DNA from: Octopus sinensis
Taxonomy: Eukaryota
Direction: 5' to 3'
Assembly (NCBI RefSeq): GCF_006345805.1
Contig: NC_043016.1
Coordinates: forward strand, 31,806,001-31,870,000
Length of the DNA stretch: 64,000 nt
Shown here: piece after piece, positions 40,701-53,300 of the stretch
How the letters are laid out: each line of letters begins with the position of its first letter
Position numbering within the stretch: position 1 is the first letter of the stretch
Notes under the pieces: generated by a model
Databases searched by the model: none
What the model saw: the letters and a program-made list of their open reading frames with translations, nothing else
Told to the model about the DNA's origin: nothing
Made by a program: the position numbers and the translations under genes

Positions 40701-43700
40701 TCACTCAACATCTTCTTCAATGTTGATGATTTGTAATAATTAAAACTGCAGAAACGAATAATGTTACTAAATCTTTATTTTTTACTTGATTCAGTCACTG
40801 AACTGTAGCCATGCTGGAGCACTGCCCTGAAGGGTTTTAGTCAAACAGATTGACCCCAGTACATTTTTTTTTTAACCTGGTACTTATTCTATTGGTCTCT
40901 TAAGCTGAACTGCTAAGTTACTGGGATGTAAACAAACTAGCACCAGTTGTCAAGTGCTGGTGAGAGACACACACAAGACTCCCACACTGATTGATACATG
41001 CATGAATGCACACACACACACAACAGGCTTCCACATAGTTTCTATCCACCAAGTCCATTCAGAACTTTGCTCAGTTTGGAACTATAGAAGACATTTGCCC
41101 AAGGTGACTTGCAGTGGGACTGAACCTGGGACCATGTTGTTGGGGAAACAAACTTCTTACCATGCAGAACCCAAATATTTTAAAATAAAACATGCAATGA
41201 TAAACAAGTTGTAACAAGAAATCAATTTAGTTTTTGATTGATTTTTCGTTGCTTTAAGGACAAAAAAAAAAAAAAAAAAAAAAAAAATGGAAAACCAGTA
41301 AAATAAAACTTGAAATATTTCTAGTTACCTTCATAAGAAACCATTCCATTTTCGTCAACAGCCACACGGTACCTGATGGCAGCCAATTCATTAGGAGTTG
41401 GTTGAAAGCCTAATGTTTGCCACAGCTGATCAGAGTATAAAGAATGAAAAAAATGTAATTTGTGTGTGTGCGAGCGAGAGAGAGAGAGAGAGAGATTAAT
41501 AAGAACAAATAGAAAAAAGACTACAAAAGTGAAAAATGGAAGAAAACTTAAAACATGAGAAAGTGAACATCAAAGAATGACAAGAGATTCCTTATTGCTT
41601 CTCTTTCTTTTTCCTTATTTTTTTAAAAAAGAAAATTAACATTATTTGAAGAAGCACAGAAAAGGCACTAAAAAGAGTGAGTGGATGGTTGTTGTAGAGA
41701 AGATGGAATGAATCTACATGTGTCATAGGAAATATACACTGATGTACACAGGGAAGATGTGTAGAATGTTAGAAGCTGGTGGTGGTACAAGTTGTTGCAG
41801 TAATAGCAAAAGTTGTAGGCATGGTGAAGTACTTAAGGAATATTCTTTGTTGATAGGTGGGGGTGGGACTCTAAAAGGGGTCTCAGGGAGTAGCATCCCT
41901 GCCTTCCTGAGCTTGTTTTCCACCACATTTCTTAAAAATCATGGTAGAGGCCTTGGTCTCGGGGAACCACTCATGTCTAGAAACTGAGGTTGAGGGTAAG
42001 CAAGGGCATGCGTCCCATAGAAAAATCCAGCTCCAAAAAAGCCTCATGATAGCAAAGGAGAATGGGCACCAGCCAGTCCAAAGATTGGAGTGAGCTGCAC
42101 CTGCCTACCTCAGTTGCTATAACATTGAGGTAAATCCAGCCACCCCTGTTAACGGAGACAAAACTCGGATTTAAAACACTGGATGACGATGATGAAGATA
42201 TGATGTTCTGGGTCTCATGTTGCCCTGCGTTTTGGTCAATTTTTTTTTTATTCTCATTTTGTTATAGTCTTGGATCAAGTGTTTAAAACACTAGATAATG
42301 ATGATATAATGTTCTGGGTCTCATCATGTTGCCCTGCATCTTGGCCAAATGTTTTTTTTATTCTTATTTTATTATAGTCTTGGGTCAACCCAAACCTTGT
42401 ATGTTAAACTGGGTAGGTAGAAATATAACAGAAGCCCCTTTTGCATGGATTTTTGCCCGGAAATCAAACACACATCTTTGTCTTTGCCATATGTTATGCT
42501 ACAGATGATTATGGCTTGAAAATTACATTAAGAGTACCCACTCATTAAATTAACTAATAGGTAGATCAATTTGTCAAAGATCAGAGTGATAATCATCAAA
42601 GCCAATGAAGGATCTATCAATAGTAGCTGCAATTTACTAGTGATGGGAACATGATATTTGTGAAACGTACAGATCAAGGAGTCAAAGACCAAGACACAAA
42701 CGGCTGAAAGGGAACTTGGAATCATGATGCATGTAGACCAGTGGTTCTCAACAGGGATCCATATAAGATTTTTAGGAGTCCACACAACAAAATAATAAAT
42801 TGGGTATTTTAAAGGCTCCAGAAAAAAAATTTGCTATAGATGTATTGCAAGAAACAGCTAGGTTTCTTTCTCTAAGAAGTTTCTATAAAACTAGTTTGTA
42901 AACATCAAATGGTTATGGGGATCCACCGGAATAAAATAGTAATGAAAGGGGTCCATAGATAAAAAATGGTTGAGAACCCCTGCTTTAGATGTATGTATTG
43001 CGAGAAACAGCTAGGTTTCTTTCTCTAACATTTTACATAATTCAACCTACACAAGTTTATGTATGAAAAACAAAATAGGAATTTTGAAGGAAATTTCTAT
43101 AAAACTAGTTTTTAAGCATTGAATGGCTATGGGGATCCACCAGAATAAAATAGTAATCAAAGGGGTCCATAGATAAAAAAATAGTTGAGAACTCTTAATG
43201 TAAACTAAAAAAATAAATAGGAAAAAAAAAAGAGGTACAAAAGAAGGTGAATGCAGTTCTTCATGTCTGAAGATGAAGAAGAAGAATGTCATCTACTTGT
43301 GGAGTTGAGACTGCAACTAGCAGTACCATCCAGTACCTGTCATTTTTGTCTCCTCTCCATCATTCCTGCAGGGTTAGGGTTCCTCTCCATTCCTTCCTGC
43401 CTGTACATAACAGTTTTAAAGTGAGACTCAATCTAGGCAATCCAATTTCAGTCTTTTAGACTTGGAGATCTGACCACAATGGCTCAGTGGGCTAAGGCAG
43501 CCACAAATGTTCCATCAAGCTGTAGGTGTTACATTGGTGTGGCCTTCCAGATGAATTGCCATACAGAGAAGGAATGGAGAGCTCCACCTATCATATAATT
43601 GCTGGAAGAGTGTCAAAGAGGGTAATAAACCAACTGAGGAACTTCACTTCTTGGTTTACTGTAGAATTTTGTACCTTACTATGTGCCGGTGGCACGTAAA

Positions 43701-46700
43701 AAGCACCATCCAGCCTCGCCTGGCCCCTGTGCCGGTGGCACGTAAAAGCACCATCCATTTGTGGCCGTTGCCAGCGCTGCCCCGACTGGCCTCCATGCCG
43801 GTGGCACGTAAAAGCACCATCCGTTCGTGGCCGTTTGCCAGCTCCGTCTGGAGTGGTTGGTGTTAGGAAGGGCATCCAGCCGTAGAAACACTGCCAGATC
43901 AGACTGGGCCTGATGCAGCCTTCTGGCTTCACAGACCCCAGTTGAACCGTCCAACCCATGCTAGCATGGAAAGCGGACGCTAAATGATGATGAGGATGAT
44001 GACGACTACACAAACACTAAAAGTAAGAAACTATACTCCAGTTTAAACAAGGTGGTTGTATAAACCATATGTCCCCATCACAATTGTAAGGTGTATGTAA
44101 GGGGGGTTATGTGTGTATGTATACACATGAAGATGTCCTCTTTACAACTATAATAAACACGCGTGGACACAAGATCACCTCCTTCACCCCACCCCACACC
44201 CATTCTCAAAGGTTCTTTGTCTTGCAAGTTATTTGGCAACCCTGTTGCTATGTAAGTAGCACTGTCCACTTTGCAGGGTGGTCGGCATTAGGGAGGGCAT
44301 CTAGCTGTAAAAACTATGCCAAAACAGACACATAAGTCTGGTGCAGGCTTCTCTCTGGCCAGCTCCTGTCAAACCATCAACCCATGCCAACATGGAAGGC
44401 AGATATTAAACAATGATGACGATGATGATAATGAAGAATGCTACAGATAGTAACCTGCATTCAACTATAATCTTTTTGCAAAAGATACTGTCAAAAATTT
44501 GTGTATACTCACATTCCATTTACAAAGAATGAAGGGAAGGGGAATTACACTATCTAGGTTGATTCCCTTAGGATTTTCCTTTCCCAAGGCTCTCACAGGG
44601 CAGCAAATAGGATAGAAATTGGTATGGGACTGCTTATGCCAGATTTAAATGATTTACAAGAAAGGCTCAGATTAAAAGTCATGAGGAAGTGCAGTAAGAG
44701 AAGAAACCAAATATCAAATGAGAGGTATTTTCAGTGCATACTTACATCTGTCATTTCCTTGAGATTCACATTGTTTTGTGGTGAATGTGGTAACTGAGTA
44801 GATGTCGAAACATTTTCATCCTGACAAAAATTAACCTTAGAATTTCCATATTTATTATTCGGGGCCTCATCAGAGTAATGTATATGTAAAATAGATGATT
44901 TACCTGAAAAGCGAAAAAGAAAAAATTATATTATAGATGCAGGCATGGCCGTGTGATAAGAAATTTGCTTCCCAACCACAGTCCCACTACATGGAACCTT
45001 GGGCAAGTGTCTTTTACTATAACCCCAGGCCAACAAAAATCTTGTGAGTGGATTTGATAGAAGGAAAATGAAAGAAGCCTGTAGTGTGTGTGTTCATTGA
45101 GCAAAAACACCTAAAGCTCCACGAGGCTCCAGCAAGAGGGTGGTGGTGAACATTGCTGTACTTTTTCACAACTTTCTCTCATTCTTTCTTCCTGTTACTG
45201 TTGTACGTGCATTTCAAAGGTCCAGCCTTGTCACACTGAATCTCCCTGAGAACTATGTTAAGGGTACACGTGTCTGTGGAGTGCTCAGCCACTTGCACGT
45301 TAATTTCATAAGCAGGCTGTTCCGTTGATCGGATTAATGGGAACTTTTATCGTTATAACCAATGGAGTGCCACTATACACATATAAAGTTAGTGAATGAA
45401 AAAATGTACTATTAATGCTGGAAATCTTGAAAAACATATTCATAAACATGTTATACACATATGTGGTGGTGTAATGGCCCAGTGGTTAGGGAAGCAGACT
45501 TTAAAACAATTTTTATTTTTAATTTTCAACTTCCCATTTGAAGTGTACAGTGATTTTCTACTTGATTTCCTTAGTACCAGTGATTTTACACTTAGTCCCT
45601 AATGCATCACTAAGTCAAAAAGATTGAGAAAACACTGGATCTGAATAGAACTTTTTATTGGTAACATTTTCAATAGAATCAATCTGTAGAATAATTGGGA
45701 GAATTGGAAAATGTGAAGCAGAACAATGCCATTGAAAGTTTGGTCCATTTTAACTGACTAATTCAATATCTAATATGTATCTTTCAGCTTTTGTTCTAAA
45801 ACAATGTTAGTGTTATACACCTTAGTGGGAATATCAATATCAACATTTAATGTTCATTTTCTATGCTGATGTGGGTTGGATGGTTTGACAGGAGCTGGTA
45901 AGTCCAAGGGCCACATCATGCTCCATTGTCTGTTCTTGCTTGGTTTCTATGGCTGGATGCCCTTCTTAATGTCAATCACTCTGCAGAGTGTACTGGATGC
46001 TTTTCATGTGGCATCAGCATCAGTGCTTTTAATGTGGCACCGTGTCTAGGTCTAACTGAATTCTTTTAAAATAAAGGCCTCAAAATACTTCTTATAATTA
46101 ATTAATACACTCTAAGCTGTGTTACGTAATTCCTTCTAAAACACCTCTTTCAAAATCTACACTACCGGGTGCTTTATTATGGTTAATGACCGAAAGTACA
46201 AGGTGGCAAGCTGGCAGAAACGTTAGCACGCTGGGCGAAATACATAACCGTATTTCATCTGCTGTTATGTTCTGAGTTCAAATTCCGCCGAGGTCAACTT
46301 TGCCTTTCATCCTTTCAGGGTCGATAAATTAAGTACTAGTTATGCACTGGAAGGGGGGGGGGGTCGATCTAAAAGACTTAATCCCTTTGTCTGTCCTTGT
46401 TTGTTCTCTCTATGTTTAGCCCATTGTGGGCAATAAAGAAATAAGTACATGTATTTGTTCAAATCACATTGGAGCCGATGTGATCTAAACAGGTCAAAAT
46501 CATGATTGGTTGTTGACGATTGTCCGTCCATCTTCTCTTCCTCCTTTTCCCGAGAGAGTCAAGTGAGTAGAGCCCTTAGGTACCTGCTCCACATGGTCCT
46601 ATCAGAATCAATCATCATTACACTTTGTATCTGGATTCCCAAGCATGAGCAACTGAAACTATGGACATTATCCGAACACCATCACATTCTTGGTCTACCT

Positions 46701-49700
46701 CTACATCTCTTGCCAGTCAGCTTAGCTTGAAGAATCTGTCTTCTGATTCTTTCTTATGACCTTTTAATCATAGTACCAGAGCTATGATCTCTCAATGCAG
46801 GGAAGTAGCAGCTCCAACTTGGAGAGACTCACTGATCTCTGAGCTATGCACCCTGTCATGCAATGTCCACTCTTGAGATCCTTCAGATGAACCCTATTTC
46901 AGCTGTTTGTATTTGCAACTGTACCCTTTCAGTCAGTACCCAACACTAATGGGTATCAGTTGTCTTCGACCAAAGAAATTCGTGTGGCTTTAAAAATAAG
47001 GGAAACAACCAAGTAAGAAAGAATAACTTTTTTTGGGGTTAACTCCTTACTCTTTTATTAGTTTGGTCTGAATGAAGGGGCTATACCCATTCTTTGAGTC
47101 CAGTAAAGTTGATGTGGTTAAAGTGCTTGAACATTTGTAAGTTAACAATTGCAGGAAAAATAAGAGCAAGGAGGCAATACCAGAGAAAAAAAAAGGGAAC
47201 TGGGTATAATGATCATCATGGGGTGAGTGAGTGAGTGGACACAATGTAGGCAATGAGAGGAGGAGAAACATAAGAGTTAAAAGTATTTAAATGGAGGTAG
47301 AACAAAGGGGAATAACCATTGTAATAGCAGTGGAAAAGCATTTTATGGCGAGAAGTTGATGTATGTTGGTGAGAGACTTCATGATTATCAGTTTTTCTTT
47401 TTCTTTTTTAGATGTGATCTAGAACACTTGTGAGATCAACAGCAGCATTGTCTAAAATATGGGATCAGTACTCCATTGGTGATATCATTTGAATTTTGTG
47501 GATAGCTAGTAGTTGGTGAGAACTAAAGTATTCTCTGCCTTGGAAGAGGAAAGCTCATGTAAAGATTTCACTTCAGAGAAATGGTAAAATGAATCAAAGT
47601 AGTTATGCTTTTTCCAGTAGTACTAGCACAAGCATGGCTGTGAAGTTAAGACATTTGCATTGGAACCAAATGGTTCAGGATTAGTTCTCACTGTGTTGCC
47701 ACTATTGGCTATAGCTTGGGTTGGCCAATGCCTTTTCAATGAAATTTGGTAAGCGGAAACTTTAGGAAGTGTTTGTGTGTGTGTCTCTTTGTCCTTTATT
47801 TTGACATTTGCGCTCTTAATTGCAAACAAAGTCACTATTCATGCAAACAACATTGACCTGCTTGCTCTTCAAAGGAATATCAAAAATATTACCTTACTTG
47901 TAAAGAAGTGTGGGGGTTAGCAACAAGAGAAGCAGCTAGTCATAGGGGGGGAAAAAAAACAGTTTCAACAACAGAGTATTTATCTTCATTTTCATCTCCT
48001 CATACTAGCACGAGCTGAATTGTTACTTAATCCAGTATTTCAATCAAGTGTCATCTTATTTCTAAGACACAAACGTTTCATTCAGATCTCAATGCACTGT
48101 TTTTATCACAGCTTAGCTGCTAAAATTAATTCACAGGCCTTTCTCCCACTTGTCATATAATCAATAACATTACACACTTATTCAGTCAGAGGTCATCCCA
48201 CATATGTTTGTACATCAAGCAACTGTCCTCTTCCAGTGTTCTAGATTGTACATTCTGAGCTTTTTGTTGACAGTTCTCAGGTCCTCCCAAAATGCCTTGT
48301 GGCCCTTGTTTTTCATCTTTTCCTTTAACCTGTTGGTGTTTGCATAATAATGATCTGGTTAATTGTAGACTGTCACATGATTTATTACAAGCATAATTTT
48401 TTTTCATTGCCAATGCCTTCAGTTATCTACTAAGTTAACAAACACAAAATTTACTTAGTCATTGCTGTAGCTCCATTTGAATATGCATATGAAATGTACA
48501 CAGACAGTCAAATGACAGGTGTAACTCACGAGTGTGTTGTTCTAAATTTACCATATCACTTCCAACTTCCTTTCACCTAGCTGAGAGCCATATCAAATTC
48601 TCTGATATGCTGGGTGATTCATCATATGGGTGTGCATTGTAACAGTGCGGACAAGCTTATGTTGTCGCCCTGGTCCGCTTGCTGAATTACTCAGTCAATT
48701 CTTGAGTTAATACAGCTATACCTGCACCTGATCCAGTTGATTAACTTGTGATCAGTTCTTAAGTGAATCAACATCGCTAGGTACAGGCGTGGCTTGGATT
48801 CAGTCCACAGCATGGCACCTAGGGTTAGAGTCGTCTACTATAATTTTGGGCAAACCAGAGTGGATTTGGTAGAAGGAAACTAGAAGAAGCCATGCATATC
48901 TATTTGTATGTAAATGGATATTTATATATGTAAATAGATATTTACATGTAAACATCTATTTACATATGTAAATATAGCAAGGTCGTTGCCAGTGATTCTG
49001 GACTGGCTCCTGTGCAGGTGGCACATAAAAAACACCATTTCGAGCGTGGCTGTTGCCAGTACTGCTTGACTGGCCCTCGTGCCAGTGTCACATAAAAGCA
49101 CCCACTACACTCTTGGAGTGGTTGGCGTAAGGAAGGGCATCCAGCTGTAGAAACTCTGCCAGATCAGATTGCAGCCTGGTGCAGCCTTCTAGTTCGCCAG
49201 TCCTCAGTCAAATCGTCCAACCCATGCTAGCATGGAAAGCGGACGTTAAACGATGATGATGATGATGTAAATAGATATTTATAATTGAGAATGCATGATA
49301 ATGGTGAGGTGGGTATTACTGTTTCCTTGTCCTGGCGCTGTGTCATAGTTGTAAATAAATGTCAATGTCATACAAACAGTGTCTTTTGTTTCCAAACATG
49401 TCTGGCCATAAGGAAATGGCATTTTACATGGAAATAGTTCAGGGTCGGTGAGAAGAGGTGCATCCATCTATTGAAAAATCTGTCTTGATAAACTCTGTCC
49501 AACTCATGCAAGCCTGAAAAAGTGGACGTTACAGTGATAATGATAACAAGTTCTACAATCAAAGTCCACTAAAGAAATGATCATACCATCTGGAATAGTG
49601 TCTCTTAGATAATATCCAGTGCCTCTTTTTATAATAAAATGGTATTGTGTGAATGATGGCAGAAGTCACTCTTTAAACAATATTATTATTAATATTAATA

Positions 49701-50308
49701 ATAATAATAATAATAATAAAGAATGATGCTAAAGAAAACGAAAAAAATGTGTATAGAATTTTGATAAAGTAAGAGTTAAATATGTCAATATGTACCAGCT
49801 GATTCAGTGTCCTTTAAGTAAGGTTGAATTTCTTGAGATATTTCATGGGCTGAATTCGCTTCACGCCAACCGTTGTATTTCGGTAAAGTTGGTGAGTTTA
49901 ATGGTTTCTCTGCATACATTGGTATGCGAGAACGAGGAAGGGCAATCTGAAAAAACATAATATCAATAACATAACAAAACAGTTTAAGACCCACACTTTA
50001 CATGTGGCTATACAGCAACAGTAAAAACAACAACAATGTTTTTTACTATAGACACAAGGCCTGACATTTTGGTTAGGAAGCTGGTGGGTGGGTGGGTGGG
50101 TGGGGGGGAGATTGTTGATTACATCGAACCCAGTTCTGAACTATTATTTATTGATCCCAAAAAGATAAATAGCAAAGTCAATCTTGGCAGAACTTCAAAC
50201 CAGAACATAAAGAGCTAAAAGAAATTCCATTAAACCTTTTCAACTAAGCATGCTAACAATTCTGCCACCTCACTGCCATCTTCTTCTTAATAATGGTAAC
50301 AACAACAA

Positions 50309-50340
<32 letters not shown>

Positions 50341-53300
50341 ACAATAATAAAATAATGGCATCAAATTTTGGCACATGACCAGCAGTTTTGCAGGCTGGGT
50401 TAAGTCAATGACAGCAACCTCAGTATTCAGCTGGTATTATTTTATTTGCCCCAAAAGGATGAAAGGTAAAGTCAACCCTGATGGAATTTGAACTCAGAAT
50501 GTAGAGATGGTTGAAATACTGCTAAGCATTTTTTCCAGTGTGCTAATGATTTTGCCAACTCACCACCTTAATAATAATAATAATCATCCTATCTTCTATA
50601 AGCACAAAACTTGCCATTTTGGGGAGTGGGGGCTGTTAGTCGATTACACTGAACCCCAGTGATCAGCTGATATTTATTTCATTGACTCCAAAAGGATGAA
50701 AGACAAAGTCAACCATGATGGCATCTGTGCTCTGAACATAATAGTAATGATTTTGCCAGCTTGCCACCTTCACACTTTGTTCAACAATAGCCCTTTTGCA
50801 TTCATCATCATCATCGTTTAATGTTCGCTTTCCATGCTGGCATGGGTTGGACGGTTTCACTGAGGACTGGCGAACCAGATGGCTGCACCAGGCTCCAATC
50901 TGATCTGGCAAGGTTTCTACAGCTGGATACCCTTCCTAACGCCAACCACTCCAAGAGTGTAGTGGGTGCTTTTTACATGCCACCAGCACAGGAGCCAGTC
51001 AGGGGGCACTGGCAGTGACCACATTTGGATGGTGCTTTTTATGTGCCACCAGCATGGGAGCTGGTCAAGCAGCACTGGCATTGACCACGTTTAGATGGTG
51101 CTTTTTACATGCCACCACCATGGGAGCCAGTCAGGGAGTACTGGTTTCTAATAGATACCATAAATATTAGAAATAGTTTTGGTGATTAGTGACAACCATC
51201 AAACTGAGTAATAATGGCAAGTAATCATAAGACTAAAATATATTAATCTTTATGCACACACACACATCCCACAGACAACACATATATGCACGCAAGCACA
51301 CATACATTTTAATTTTTTAAGAGAAGAATTCTGTGATACTCGAATCTGGCTACCCGCATGGTTCATGGTCTCAAAAATTTGTCCTATGAAGAAAGGCTGA
51401 GGACGCTCGACCTTTATTCTCTTGAAAAACGCCGCCGCCGTGGTGATCTCATTCTCGCCCACAACATCATAAGCGGAAAGTGTAACCTCTCGAAAGAGCT
51501 GTTCTTCACTCCTGCTCCAGAGCGTCGGCTGCGGGGTCATTCCGAAAAGCTCTACCTGCAACGATTTCATCTCAGTCGAAGGAGAGGAGCTTTCTCCGTC
51601 CGGGTTGCGGATCCGTGGAACAAGCTGCCAGATGAGATGGTGAAGATGCCGACGACCGCTTTGTTCAAAGCCTCCCTTGACCTCAAGTGGTCTAAACTCT
51701 TTACATGAACACCACCCTGTACTTAACTCCATGTCCCCCTACATGGCCTTGCTATTTGCTTTTGAGCCAAATTAACTAACTAACTAACATGTTCATCTGA
51801 ACAACAACAATATTGAAAAATACCTTCGGCATGAGAACCCAGGTTTGAAATTTCCCCAAGACACCTGATGAAGGCTGGAGGGTATATCAGTCGAAACATT
51901 GTGTTAACAACAAACAAGATGAGGACAAATATCAGTCAATTGTAAATAATGTACCTGTTCATCTGTTTAACAAAACGACAATTTAAAGAACCAATGATAG
52001 AATCTTTATTAGTAATAGTGCCAACTCTCTTTTCTCTGAAATCCCACTTGATGAGGGACACATTAAACAATGTAGTCCTTAATATGCAACAAGGGTTCTG
52101 CTATAGGCACAAGGCCTGAAATTTTGGGGAGGGATAAGTCGATTACATTGACCCCAGTGCATAACTGGTACTTAATTTATCGACCCCAAAAGGATGAAAG
52201 GCAAAGTCAACCTTGGTGGAATTTGAACTCAACGTAGACAGACGAAATTCCGTTAGCATTTCACCCGGTGTGCTAACATTTCTTATTTCTTTATTGCCCA
52301 CAAGGGGCTAAACAGAGGGGACAAAGAAGGATAGACAGAGGGACTAAGTCGATTACATCAACACCAGTGTGTAAATGGTACTTAATTTATCGACCCCGAA
52401 AAGATGAAAAGCAAAGTTGACCTCGGTGAAATTTTAACTAACTCAGGACATAGTGGCAGACGAAATACCAATAAGCATTTCGCCTGGCATGCCAGCTTGC
52501 CACCTTAATATGTAACAAGATCTAGTGCTGATATCTGTTTAGTCAGAGTAGACTGGGGAGGAAATAAATAACAATAGTTCAGAAAATCTAAGGAACACAG
52601 ACTCATCTCCTGCCAGCACTGACAAACCAAGCCAATTCTTTTTTGTCTATGGACCCCTTTGATTACTAGTTTACTCTACTGGACCCCCATAGCTATCCCA
52701 ATGTATACAAAAAAAAATCCTATTGTATTATTATTATAAATAGGAATTGTATTAGAAAAGAATTAAAATATTTTGTGTATTGGAGAAGTTTCACCAATTC
52801 ATTGCAAATAAATTTTAACAATAAGATATTATATGGACCTCGGTTGAAAACCACTGCTCTACATAAATACTAGGTCAGCAAGAAGTAGCAAGCAAATCTT
52901 CTAATTCCATCCTATTAAAAATAGGAGATATATCTAACTAGGAAACAGTGGTCCTATATGCACTATATTGCAACAAAGCTTGGATGTTCAGCAGGACTGA
53001 ACAACAACAGGAATCCCGACATTATTTTCTATTGACAAAAATGCAACAGCAGAATAGCTAATGTGAAATGTGTTTGAATATATTCAAATAATCAGGGCAT
53101 TTAAAAATTGCATCTGTCGGTCATGACAATATAAAAGTGTGTAGATGAGGCATAAACTATTTTCTAGTAGCAGGCTTTGTGAGATATTGCTCATCATAAA
53201 TCAAGTCATACCATTAAAACAATAATTAGACAAGCGCAATATATACAATACAGACAACATCATACTGCACAACAAACAAATTACAAAGATTTGATCGAGA

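Noticed and set aside
48186-48413. 75-aa minus-strand ORF as an extra STXBP4 exon
   Set aside because: No good acceptor or donor, ends in a stop, and flanking exon phases already match without it.
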